In this document: one piece after another, positions 36,166 to 48,406 of the stretch
Numbering within the stretch: the stretch's first letter is position 1
Layout: each line of letters begins with the position of its first letter
DNA from: Spongospora subterranea f. sp. subterranea
Lineage: Eukaryota
Direction: 5' to 3'
DNA: 64,000 bases
Assembly: GCA_049724395.1 (NCBI GenBank)
Contig: JAUGWO010000051.1
Coordinates: forward strand, 1-64,000
Notes under the pieces: generated by a model
Databases searched by the model: none
What the model was told of the DNA's origin: nothing
Seen by the model: the letters and a program-made list of their open reading frames with translations, nothing else
Translations under genes and position numbers: made by a program

Positions 36166-37240
36166 TCATTTTATTAAGTTAAGAGCCTTAATGCGCAATT
36201 CTTGTGGGTGAATCGACTGGATGCATTCCATGTCACAATGGAAGGAGAGCTTCTGCTTCCAATAAAGCTTTACGTTCGTGACCTTGGTCACTAACAACTT
36301 CTGGGCATCTCGAGATATAGCTTTGTTGCATCCAGAACATTTCGGTACTGGGACTTTGTTGGTCACGTGAACAATTCGAATATCAGTTGGATACGCATCT
36401 GTCTTAGAAAAAAATGGATGAGCAAGCTCATGTGATGGTTTTGTTGGTTCGACGACCTGTTTCGTACTGCTTCCCCGTTTACGATATTATAGCTGGTTAA
36501 CGAGGTAACCGTCGGGTAAGGTAACTTCATATGCAAGATGCCAGCGAAGTTTCCTCTTCGCCATTCCATCGTAGAAGAGCACGCCTCCTTTGACGAAAAC
36601 GTGACAACAAAAATGAGCTCCGTTTTCATAGATAATCGCACCAAGTGCATATTCCATTGTCTCAAAGCTCAGCACCCGCGCTGGTAGATGATATTTAGCA
36701 TCAGTATCTTTTTCCCAGTGTTCAAGACAGTTTAAAATAAGAAGTTTGGGGTGAGATTTTGGGTCCAGTTTTTCAGAGTGTCGAATGCGACCGCAAACAT
36801 AAATGTTATCCATTTCTGTCTCTTCGGTGTCAATAAACAGATTGGACTTGAGTTGGAACATACATTCTCCAAATTCTGTTAGGGCTGCAGAATTAATAAT
36901 TTGACCGCAATCCTCTGGAATGGGTACCAAAGACGCGTCAAAATCGGCTTGGGTGAACTGGCGAGGATTTGTGGTTACAATATGACGGTATCGTTTGGAT
37001 TTGGTGTAATGCGGCCTTGGGCACAGAGGTGACTGGCACGCTGATGAAACTGTTGCTTCAAAAGGTACCAATTCGGGAAGATGATCCAGATATGCAGAGT
37101 CAACATCTTGCATTAAGTCGTGCAGTGTCCCATCATTCGGAATTTTGAGAACTTTGGTGCACCATAACCATCTTGCTTTAGCGTGATCCCCTGCCGTTAT
37201 CTGATCCAAAGACGTTTGAAGGATTGAACAGACATTACTT
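36166..37240 (-). pseudogene. USP/peptidase C19-like fragment followed by a CxxC..HxxxxC zinc-finger-like segment
   Basis: CQSPLC, YALGAIIYENGAHFCCHV..LFYDGM (His box); downstream CSGCNK..FHCDMEC. The Cys box is not seen. Confidence 0.55.
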
Positions 37241-37359
37241 GGAGTACTATCAGCAAATAGTCATATTGTAAAGCCCTGCTTAACCTGTCGCGTTACTCCT
37301 TAATCTAATCAAATTGCAGTTCTCTCATATCACTGCAACTGCCTTGATGCCCTCTTGAC

Positions 37360-38210
37360 TGGTCGGGTTATCCGAGCCTACGTCCCGTCCACGTCGCTGA
37401 GACTAAACATCGATAGGAAACTCGTGTCCTACCGCCACCCTCAAACCGATAGGCAAACCGAAAGAGTGAACCAGATCCTGGAACAGTGCATAACATTGTT
37501 TATCAATTTCCAGCAGGACGATTGGGCGGAATTAGTACCCATGGTCGAGTTCGCCAAAACACTCGGCCAAGAAGATGATGCCATTTTTCGCGGTTTATGG
37601 TTCCCATCCCCGATTCGACAACCTGTCCCGCTAGTACCCACCCTTTGGTTGACGATTGCGTCAATCACATCAACAATGTGCGACGATAGCTGAAGGCACA
37701 GCTCCAACGCGCAGCCGAGATATGAATCAATTGCCGACAAAAAACGAGTAGGCGATAAGGTTTGGTTAAACTCCAACGGCATCTCGACTAACCGCCCTCA
37801 GTTCTAAATTAAGCAGGTAGTAAACTTGGCCCTTATAAGATAACCGAGATCATTAATCCATTTACCTATAGGATTATCATTGCCTAACAAGTCCAAGGTC
37901 GACAATGCCTTCCACACCGCACTGCTCTCACCATCTAAGGAGAATGTTATCCCTGAGTGCAACAAACCGTCTCCGCCTCCCGTGATCTTCAATAACCCTG
38001 AACAACTCTACAGTGTTCATGCTGTCCTCGACTCTCGATTGTAAACGCAACCAGCTCCAGTATTATCTCGATTGGGAGAACTATCCTCCATCGGAGCGCT
38101 CGGGGGAACCGGCACCAACCCTCGACGCAACACCGGATTTGCGGGAAGCGATTCGGGAGTTTCATGCCCAGTATCCCTCAAGCCCGGCCCCTCGTTGAGG
38201 AGGAGGTGAT
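37360..38210 (+). mobile_element. gypsy integrase-chromodomain remnant with PPT
   Basis: HPQTDRQTERVNQILEQ, GPYKI, YYLDWENYPPSERSGEP; gaggaggaggtga near 38197. Confidence 0.8.
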
Positions 38211-39399
38211 CTTAGGAATATATTCCATATATTCTTACCACGCCCAGTTCGACAGCATTTCTCTGACAAGATTTACCTCCCACTGGTCAGTCTTGTCAAC
38301 ATCTTTTCCTGCGCTATCAATCCAAACGCTGCTTCATATCATCGAACCTTGTTTGTCATGGGCTAATATCCACTTCATGTATTGATCATCATAAAGTATG
38401 AAAGTAAATTGGTCTCACAATTGCGCGTTTGCTTCAAAAGCAATTGCGTTTGTAATTCTTCACCCAAACAACACAGCATTCTAAGGTTGAACAATATTAG
38501 ACAGACTCCGGCCGTTGGGATTAGCGATCAAATCTGTCAGAGTTCATTGCCATTGACATTCCTGTCGGGGATCCATGATTTGACGTCACCCCCCGTTTAG
38601 TCCGTTCTGAGCTCTTTGAAATGTCTCGAGGGTCGTTGGGATTTAGTATTTTCTGTCAGTCGTGTTTGTCGGCGGTCACTGACATCTTTGCTTGATTCCT
38701 TTGTGAATAGGGTTCATTCATAAGGAGCGATGACGTTCGTATTTCTGGTGGCAATATGGGTCTTGAAGGGCAAACTGGTTATCGTCTTTCCCCCTGATAT
38801 TGTTTCAGTAGGCCGATTAGGTCTCATTGTCACAATCTTGTCGTCGCGTTTTTCACAATTCGAATCGCTCACGCTCGTCACCTTGATAATTCTCCTCATC
38901 CATGATGCTGTGTTATTCCTTGATTAAGGTTCTGTTGTTCATATCATTACGGTCTGTGTTTGTTCTGATCATCGGATGGGCGTCGAACTGGGTATCAAAC
39001 CGATTAATCAGTCGACATCTCTCCATCGCTATAGTATTCCTTGCTGGCAAGCGCACGAGATTGGTTCCAGGTCATCATCATGTCATCACGTTGGGATAAG
39101 GGCAGTTCTCGATATTACTGGTTCGTTATCACGACTCATCGTTGAATTTCCCAATTCGAAATCGCAGAGTAAATTATTCGTTTGTTCAACTCTCTATTTC
39201 GATTTCGCACCTGAAAAATACCCTGGTAATCGTTGTATTTAACTTCGTCCATTGAGTCAACATGTGATATACAGATTGCTCAAACTTCACTCTCGTCATG
39301 GAATAGTTTCTGTTGTGCAATCCGTCTCATTCAGCGTTATAACGGCGGCGTGATGGAATCTGTTGCCCGCTCTCCCGTTCTATTCCCCTCGTTTGACTG

Positions 39400-39835
39400 T
39401 TCGTTGAATTCCTTCAAGGTTTCCCGAAACCAATTTTCAATTTGAAAAAGTTTCTTTGAAAAGTGTAGAGGACCCTGGATAGTACCGTTCGGTTTCGAGA
39501 AAAGAACTTACCCCATTATCGCTACAGTGGCATTCGGTTGAGGCGGTGCAGCATTACAGCGACACTGCAATTATAAGTGTCTAAACCTGCTCTTTTCATC
39601 GTTATATGTCGTGTCCAATCGCTCTTCAATCCCTGAATTTCGTCAGAGTGAGGCTGTGGTAGGTGTAAACTATGCTGTTCCAACCCCTCTGCTTGCTCTA
39701 AACGCAACAAAAAGTCGATTATCTGGGCTTTAATGAATTGGGCCAGTTTGTCTAAGTGATCTAAACTTACATCTCATGATATCGTTAAGAGATCATAGGT
39801 CATCGTGCAGATCGTTCAAGGTCTCGGGAAAACAT
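39400..39835 (-). pseudogene. Family A membrane protein, 5'-truncated pseudogene
   Basis: FPETLNDL, RLEQAEGLEQHSLHLPQ and QIENWF match the intact paralogs. Confidence 0.75.
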
Positions 39836-40136
39836 GTTGGCGAACGTGGGTTCCCGGCCGTCCGCCATCGTCTGTCTTCATGGGTCTGTTAACGCCAATG
39901 ACTATATTGTTCATATTGATTGACAGTTTCAAAAATGACTGACGATGATCGCCACCCCCAAAATCCATCGCCCTTTCCTAAAAAATCACTCAATTGGGAT
40001 CCCATCTGATCGTATGTCCAGTCATCTCCCAGGGATTATTGGTCATCATCGACGTCTCAAACCCATATTCCTACAAGCAAACGTTTGGATCCAATACCCA
40101 TTCAAAATAAAATTATATAATGTATTTTTATCAGGG

Positions 40137-40955
40137 TCAATCAATGTTGTTCTGAAACCACATTTCAATTCGGACAATTTGCCGCAAAAATTGAATAGGA
40201 TGCAGGAAGGCGCCCCGTCCCATAAAATACTGATCCCAGTTTCGCTTTACAACTATAACGTCTTCACGCGATGCAGAGCGACAAAAACCCTCAATTCTGT
40301 CAAAGTAATGTTGGAGGATTGCACAGAGGTTCGCGTTTATGGACACACATCGTGCCCAGGTTCTCTGAAAATCCTGAATAGCGTCAACACAATGTTTTGG
40401 TAGGTGTAAACTATGTTGTAGCAAGTCCTCTGCTTTATCCAACCGCACCGTGTACTCGATTTGTTGGGCTTTAGTGCATGATTGGACCAGTTTGGGAGTA
40501 TCTTGAGTAAGTTGAACGTACATCTCGTAGATCTCTTTAATCGATGAGTGATATCGGGTCATTGCGTCCTTCAGGTTGTTCATGGTCTCGGGAAAACCAG
40601 ATTTGCCATTTCCGTGATATCTGTTATAGAACAGGTCGAATTCGGCACGAAACTCCACACATTGTTCTTTCGTGGGGCGAACGTCGGAATACTCAATAAA
40701 TTTGCTCTCAAAATATACTGCATCTCTGAAGACGCTCCGTCGTTTGGATGATCCGAAGCCTCCGGTCGCTCCAGTAATAGTTATGGCGATAACGATGGCG
40801 ATACCAATGACTTTGGCCCATTTGACCCATATTGACTTGTTGACAGTTCTAGGGGGATTCACAGGCTGAGGTTGAGTCATTATATCAACCAGGGTCGGAT
40901 GATGAAGGGGAATAGAATCAGGGGATTGGCCATTGATTACTGGGTCTGGACCCAT
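40137..40955 (-). CDS. Family A single-pass membrane protein of unknown function (intact)
   Basis: Pro-rich N-terminus, one TM (IGIAIVIAITITGA), helical domain ending WDQYF..FLHP..WF; paralog of 54717-55544. Confidence 0.85.
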   Translation of the reverse strand: MGPDPVINGQSPDSIPLHHPTLVDIMTQPQPVNPPRTVNKSIWVKWAKVIGIAIVIAITITGATGGFGSSKRRSVFRDAVYFESKFIEYSDVRPTKEQCVEFRAEFDLFYNRYHGNGKSGFPETMNNLKDAMTRYHSSIKEIYEMYVQLTQDTPKLVQSCTKAQQIEYTVRLDKAEDLLQHSLHLPKHCVDAIQDFQRTWARCVSINANLCAILQHYFDRIEGFCRSASREDVIVVKRNWDQYFMGRGAFLHPIQFLRQIVRIEMWFQNNID

Positions 40956-41407
40956 TAAAATCAACGGACGAGAGTCAAACTGAAGAATCTGGGGAGATCA
41001 GGGAACCCTAACCGGAGTTTGACCCTTTGGCGCAGATCAACCTCAAGTTTTGACCTCAACAGCCAACATGGCGCTAGTGTTACAAGTGTCTCTGTTACAC
41101 AATGATATACGATGCAGCTCATATATGATCAACGGTCAGGGAAACATCTGAGATCGATTAGCTATAACTGCTCACGATCCAAAGCTTCTTCCAGAAACCC
41201 GATACGATTGTCAATGACAGTCCCTATTAGAGGTCGTCCGTCATCCATCGACTTCCTTATAAATATAATGATGCGAATGACTGTATTTCTCACAATCATG
41301 GAATTTTCTAACAAAGCTGTCACATTGTTCAAATTCCAGTCCTCTGTCCCAGCTGAACACTGCAAATCTGAAGGTTGAACAGTCGAATACCCATAGAAAT
41401 CCACAAA

Positions 41408-41770
41408 TTATGAATATGAATTTATGAGGTTGGCCTGAAACCATTTTTTCGAGTTCGACAATTCGCTGTAAAAAATATCCACAGGATGCAGGAATTGACC
41501 CGGTTGCTCAAAATACCGATCCCAAATTTGCTTGAATAACAATAATTTCTCCGGCGATGCTGCTCGATAATCATCCTCAAGTTCGTTTATGATATCTCGG
41601 ATGATGTTGAAGTGAGCAGTTTCCATCGTCGAATATCGTGCCCATACGCTATTATATTCCTGATTTTGCGTCTAAATAATGCTGTTCCAACTCCACTGCT
41701 TTTTGAAATCGAACACGGAAGTCGATTTGCTGAGCTTTGGTGCATGATTGGCCCAGTTTTGAAGTACCCG
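41408..41770 (-). pseudogene. Family A membrane protein, 5'-truncated pseudogene
   Basis: KLGQSCTKAQQIDF; WDRYFEQPGQFLHP..KWF. Confidence 0.8.
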
Positions 41771-42572
41771 GTGGCCGGGTACTTCAGCATTGATTGCCAA
41801 GAATTGCGAATGAAGCAACCGTTGGGATTGCAGTTCGCTTTTACATGAAATCAAAGATGACTCAACACAAGTGGCGCGATTGCTCATTCGCAAGATTTAA
41901 AACTTTTAAAGCAGTTTTTTTCTCAACCATGCAACTCGAAACATAGTAAATTCTTTATGATTCCATTGGTTTCTTATAATGGGCATTTTGGATAGTGGCA
42001 AACCGAGGTCGACTCAGCGACAAAACATCTCGAAAATCATGAAGCTACGATTTTAAAGCGGCCCAGTCTTGAAGTTTCATGAACGTCTTTATGGAATTTT
42101 TGTATTCATTCTCGGTTGGCGCAGAGACCCCGCCGACCTCCATGGTTGTGCACAGAATCCAGGACGTGACTCCGTGCATGACCTCGCACGCCACCAACAG
42201 GCCACAAGTCCACGCAGTGTAAAACTTGGCCATTGCGGGATCTCAAAGGTTGACGGTCGGTAGAAACAAAAACTGCGCGCAATTTGCTGTGTCACTACAA
42301 ACTCGATCATCTCGTCCCTGGCGAAGGTGATTTCCCTCTTGCCACGAATCCATTCCCCCTCCTCACACAGTCTGAAATGTTGGGTAGTGCTTGAGTAATT
42401 TCATGTCTATCCAACATTAGCAAATTATTCGAAACCATATTCCAATCTCACAGTGACTGTTTCATAACTTTACTTGCTCTCTGGCAGTCTTCGATAATCA
42501 AAATTCTCGTGCACTTGGTATCTCTTCCAGACTTCTGAAAACTGCCTTTTCAAGTTTTTCCTAAGTGTGAAA

Positions 42573-43624
42573 GACCACATCAACCAATTTGTTGATTACG
42601 TCAAAGAGCAAGTAAAACGGTCGAAACTTGATTCGGATTGTATCGTTAATATTGACGAAACTAATGTGGATTTTGATTTGAATGGGAATTTACTTTAGCT
42701 CCGAAAGGTTCTCGAACAGTGAGCGTACGAACGACAGGTTCTTCACAGCGTGTCACTGCGTTGCTCGGCGTGACAATGTCCGGTATTAAGCTTAAGCCAT
42801 TTCTAATTTTCAAGGGCAAACCTGGCGCACGAATAATGAGAGAGAGCTTGATACCGGACATTGTCACGCCGAGCAACGCAGTGACACGCTGTGAAGAACC
42901 TGTCGTTCGTACGCTCACTGTTCGAGAACCTTTCGGAGCTAAAGTAACATTCCCATTCAAATCAAAATCCACATTAGTTTCGTCAATATTAACGACACAA
43001 TCCGGATCAAGTTTCGACCGTTTTACTTGCTCTTTGACGTAATCAACAGATTGGTTGATGTGGTCTTGCCTGTATCGGGTATTTTGCGCAACATGTGTGG
43101 CACGACGTTGGACAAACTTTTCTTTAGCCAAAAATCTATATATTCGCTTTCGAAGAACGTCCATAGTGGCAGGGTCATCAGGTGATAACCTTTTCAGTTC
43201 GCGACATAACATTCCAACCGTTATCAAACGATCTCGCTCTCGTAGGTCTGTCACAAAGGTATTCAACTGAGTATAGCATTCAACGTCCATTGTTAAGAGT
43301 CTTGAGGTGGGAAATATCTTGGATGTCGGTTGTCAGGCTAGCCTTTCAATTTCGACGTATCTGTGCTGGCGACACATTGTACTTCTTGGCAGTTGACTTT
43401 ATAAGACCTTCTCTGGAATACGCCTCGCTGATAATGTGTTCCTTGATCTTCCATGGGAAGTAGTCAAGTAGCGCTTCATTTTGGTAAATAGTTGTACCGT
43501 TGGAATCACAATGAGCACAGGGTTGTAACGCCCGCATTAAATTTGGCCCGTATAGCTGCCCCCCCCCCATACAAATGAGAGGCCGCGTATGTACATTGAG
43601 GGGGCTGCTCTCCGGGGTTTACTG
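42573..43624 (-). mobile_element. pogo/Tigger-like (DDE_1) transposon, truncated, with inverted duplication
   Basis: TIR cagtaaacccc next to TA at 43625; HTH TAKKYNVSPAQIR, RFL..RRATHVAQ, NIDET, RVTALLGV..KLKPFLIFKG. Confidence 0.88.
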
Positions 43625-44389
43625 TAGTGATGTCGACATCTGAAATAACCAAATACTTTCCAAGCAGCACTATGATATCACGGAAGAGATGTAATTTGAG
43701 ACAATGCGCAACGGTTCACCATTACCCGTAAACCGACAGTGATTGGCGCAGGGAACGGGTTTGAGCACAGCTCTGATGGGTCCCTTCGTTAACTTTACCA
43801 CGAAGCTTTCGATCTATAGCAGATGCTCACTCGACAAGGTAAAACCACATCAGCCGACACGCGTATGCCCATTGCGACAATCGTCGGCGCAAACTGATTC
43901 AAAACTCGATTGGTGTTAAGTGCTCATTGCACTCGTTTTGCTGTATCTGAAGCGTGACTAACAATTACTTCGATTGGCCACTACCTGGTTCGGAGTTTGC
44001 GCCATTAAAGATTGACCATTATGGCAATCAACACGCCCATCAATCTAGATAAAAACTACTCCTATATGGGTTTTAAAATGTTTCTCAAATCTGTTCTATT
44101 TTGGAGTTTTAACCAAACATCTATATCCATTTCAATTCAACGACACAGAACCTATTGTGATCCCGTCCCCATCCAGATCAGAGAAGTGATGCACTTTGAT
44201 TTAGGTCGCTACTCACAATCTGATTGCCAGAGGAGCCAACAATAAATCGCCCAAACTGTGTCGGCAAAGTCCCTGGTCTCCATCAGCGACAACAACTTCT
44301 ACCGTCAGGTCAGCTCCAGTACAAAGACTGTTCCTTCCACCGGGGTCACAAAAGAGGAACGCAGAGCGGCACGGACGACTAGGACCTCG

Positions 44390-44900
44390 ATCACAAATCC
44401 CACCAATGATCGCTCAGCTACACCTCAGTCGATGGAGTGGCGATGTCATCGTTGTGGTCAATCGGGGAAAGGACCAGCCAACGGTCGCACTTAAAACGAC
44501 GTCATTCAACAAATTATAGAGACCGGCCCCGACAAGACTCCAGTGGAGGAGCGAACTCCTGAGCAAGCAGCCGACGACTATACCTCATCAAGTCATCACC
44601 CACAGACCACAAGCAGGTCAACGCCAACACCCTCATCTTGTGGAAGTGACTTCAGCTCTGCTTCTTCGTCCCCAATCACGATTGCAGGACGACCAGATAA
44701 CGCATACATCGATACTGGGGCTTCGCATTCATCTGTTTCACGACACTTCGTGGATCAGCTGCCACTCGAAACGAAGAGCGACGATCCAGCGAGCATCGCT
44801 GTTCAGCGTCATCTCGCTTGCAGCCAAAGGTGCTTCTGTCCGACCTCAAGGAACGATCGATACTCATACCACTTGGAGGAGATTCCTGTGATTAATTCCC
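44390..44900 (+). mobile_element. LTR retroelement gag knuckle and aspartic protease remnant (paralog at ~49560-50330)
   Basis: CHRCGQ and AYIDTGASHS; nucleotide similarity to 50040-50500. Confidence 0.65.
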
Positions 44901-45095
44901 GTCGTGGGAGACCGAAAGATCATCAGCGGTTGATTTCCTCAGACGATTGCCGGTTTCTCATATCTCCACAATATACTCCATCATAACCGCTTCCTCTCTT
45001 CGTGTTGCAGTCTTCTTCCTTCCACAGCAGTTTTTGTATTCTTCCAAGGTCGACAATGCTCTATCAGAAGTCATTGCATTTTCCTGAGATCTGAA

Positions 45096-46068
45096 CTATT
45101 GAAAGTCGTCGTAGGTTTTGCTGAATGGATCAACCGAATAGTAATTGTCTCGATATGATTGCGGAACAGATGGTACAACGCCGGAAACAGTGAACGCCTC
45201 CGCGGAATGAGTCCAGTTTTCGTGATAATGCCTTTGTCGGATCCAGTTGTCAGACATGTTGATTTTGATCAAATATTTAGCTCCATATCCAAACTTGAAA
45301 GAGATTGACAAAAATACAAACTTCCTTTTAATTGCATTTCCCACGTGATCGTTCCATAAACAACAGCATTTTTGTTTGCCTCCCGATGGCAGGATCACAC
45401 ATTCCTTTTGTTGCCGGCCATGCAATTGACGTTGACGGTCCTCCAACAAAGACATAGAAATTATTGAACATTATCCAATGCAGGGATTACACAGGTCGTC
45501 AACACAATCATGACCAACTTACAGACAGTTCATCTCTCACTAACCAGACCATGTTTCGTCATTTCTCGCGCCGTCCATAACTTGAGAAATTTGCTGTAGC
45601 TGCGCCAATTTGCAGTTCGAAGCTAATGTGAACGCACCTGCCGGCGGAACTTAGAGCTGAACCTTTCCCGGCGATCCCCCGAACAATCAATCACTATCGG
45701 TCTGATTATTGCCCCCGTTGTTCTTGACCATTTGAATTCATCGTTGATTATCGGAGTGCAAAAGGATATGCTTCACTGGTGAATTGCGGTCGCCACCTGC
45801 CGAAAAGAGGAGAATTTTGTGAGAGGAAAACAGGGAATTGAGTCATCGAAAGTTGACCAAACATTGAGATGATGATGCGGCGGACGATTGAATGTGGTAT
45901 TGATATTGTTATGAAAGATTTATGATCGTCATAACTGACGCGAATAGGACAGAGTTTGATACAATATCCGAGAGACGATATGTCAAAAATCAGGACATCA
46001 TTTTCACTTAAATGGTTTGAGGTCACTGACCACGTCGGTTCGGGGGTTGCAGCTGGATAATCCGTCAA
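45096..46068 (-). pseudogene. Family B gene remnant (unknown function)
   Basis: IKLCP..ISMFGQLS..QFP..QFTSE.YPF and KIN..WIR.R shared with 50520-51240. Confidence 0.55.
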
Positions 46069-46271
46069 TAATTGACTAGAAGGTCATGAGAGGACTGTGG
46101 CGTGAATAATACCGATATTTGCTGAATAGATGGACTAGACAAAGGGGTTCATTATCGACTCTAACCAGAATCGGACCAAGGAACATATATCGGCCGGCTG
46201 TGGAATGCACATTAACATGTCATCCTTCGAAAACAATACAACCAATGGAGTTTTATTGAGTTTTATCGTTT

Positions 46272-47112
46272 TTAGAAAGCAATCGTGTCCCAATCATGAC
46301 CATAGTGTACAGGTAAATGTGCCTCGAACCAGTCATCAACCTTAACGATGAGGTCCCAAACAGGCCACGTAACTGGATGTTGACGATGTTCGCATTCCAA
46401 GTCCCACTCTCTCTTTAACACGATGATTTCCGGCCTAGTTGCAAATTTCAATCGACATAGTAAGTGATTAATGGCACCGCTGATATCCGGAAAATCGTTG
46501 AATCTTCGTTCATATTTGGTTTTCATGATTACACAGTCCATAGGGAGACAAACATGTTGGAGTGCAATAACAGTCGCTAGTCCACTCAACTTGAGGAATT
46601 CGATTTGAACATCTTTTGGCCATTTCCTGATAAGGGTATGTCTGTCCCACAAAACATCCATCTTTTCATAGATTGAGAATACCTCAACGAACTGTGCCTT
46701 GTGAGCCGTGAAATAGTTCAGTTGGGCGGCATTGAAGGCCTCATTGTACTTCTCAGCATCCTGCATCAGCTTTCCACCGAATTTCGTATTGTATTCTTCA
46801 AGCTCATTGAGGGAAAGCTGTGCGTTCTTCAATTGTAGGAGGAGTAGTGGAAAACTGGTTAAGTTTGTTGATCAAGCTTTCAATTGCCATGACGTACTCT
46901 GAGTCGGAATTGAGCGCAAAGTAAGCGATGATTGCAAGCAAAACACATGCACCGACGGCAGCAGCAACGATTTTGACCCAGCGAGGTTTTTTTGGCTCCT
47001 TGACCGGATCGGGAGATTCCTGACCATATGAGCCTGCCATCATGTTGATAGGATACTGGATTGGAGGGGAAACAGCGGTTTGACCATTGGTCACTGGAGG
47101 TGAATTCATCAT
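46272..47112 (-). CDS. Divergent family A membrane protein; single +1 frameshift in a G run at 46811-46813
   Basis: MMNSPPVTNGQ..RWVKIVAAAVGACVLLAIIAYF..IESLINK..PT.EE; C-terminal LKREWD..HP..IVKVDDWF. Removing one base joins the two ORFs. Confidence 0.75.
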
Positions 47113-47562
47113 AAAAGCGTCGATGTAGTGACAATTGACGATTGTGAGGGCAAAGGGTTCCAGACTCCCAGCTTGGCTCGTGGCTGTTCGGCAAATCCGC
47201 AATGCCGTGACCCTTGGCCATCATCTCACTGTTACACAGGTCCTCAGGTCCGCTACACTACTCCAAATATCGCGCAACGCAAATCTACCAAAATCTGCGT
47301 GGCTGAGAGGTATCGTGTGACACCAAGTCACACAATATACTCTTGAGTAGTCACACAATATACTCTTGAGTGTATGTTTCACGATGATAATCACCTGGAG
47401 ATCACTGAAGATGACGATGGCGATCAAAGACAGATATTGGGGAGTACATCCTTCTCTGGCTGTGCTCCTCGATGCGTGCTTGAATTAGCATGGCTGCCAG
47501 TTCTCTAGTTGAACCAGGAAAATCTTTCCTTGACACACCTTCTCTGCCGGTTTACCACAATT

Positions 47563-48406
47563 CGGTGGTTAGTTCCTGCCACGCGTGGCAAGATTACGAC
47601 CTTGGCACGGAAAATAGTGTACAAAATTAGTGAATAGTGATAGTCTTGGTAAACAGAGAATGCATAGTTACATCGAAACCGAGTGATGCGGCTCAGAATC
47701 AATTTGTAATTTGCCACTGTGGTGCGTTTCTTGATTATAATGCTGAGCATTGTAATCTCTCTCAAAGGCACCAGTGCAGTGAGTAATCTTAAATTTTACT
47801 CCTACATTATTACTAAATTGCATTAACGGTTTTCATTGAATCAATGTATGTATTCTCTGAATTTGGTCATATTGGGGCATTACACTGGCATCTGGAGCTT
47901 CCAGAATGATGATTATTGTTTGGAGTTGCACCAGCCTTGATACAGGCCGAACATTTACCCTTGCGCCGAATCAACGCTGATCTTTTCAAGGTCAATTACT
48001 CAAAAGAAGGGCAACTTGGCTTGTGTATTGTTCATTATTTGTGAGGTTTTTCATTGGAAAAAAATGTCCTGGCTTTCGCGCTTGATTTGTGGTGCTCCAT
48101 CGTCTCCGTTACACCCGCCATCGTTGTTTCCATCTCCTCCAACATCTCCTTTACATCCGCTTTCGCCTCCTGGAGTAATATTTAAGATTACTCACTGCAC
48201 TGGTGCCTTTGAGAGAGATTACAATGCTCAGCATTATAATCAAGAAACGCACCACAGTGGCAAATTACAAATTGATTCTGAGCCGCATCACTCGGTTTCG
48301 ATGTAACTATGCATTCTCTGTTTACCAAGACTATCACTATTCACTAATACACTATTTTCCGTGCCAAGGTCGTAATCTTGCCACGCGTGGCAGGAACTAA
48401 CCACCG
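47563..48406. mobile_element. Non-autonomous Mutator-like element (MULE)
   Basis: About 240-bp near-perfect TIRs (47563-47802 / 48172-48406), 9-bp TSD accacaatt/accataatt, internal KGKCSAC..H..C remnant on the - strand. Confidence 0.85.

Noticed and set aside
47326..47371. 23-bp direct tandem duplication
   Set aside because: Only two copies; ordinary slippage or repair scar.
47563..48406. Sixth fold-back duplication
   Set aside because: The 9-bp TSD identifies the arms as MULE TIRs.
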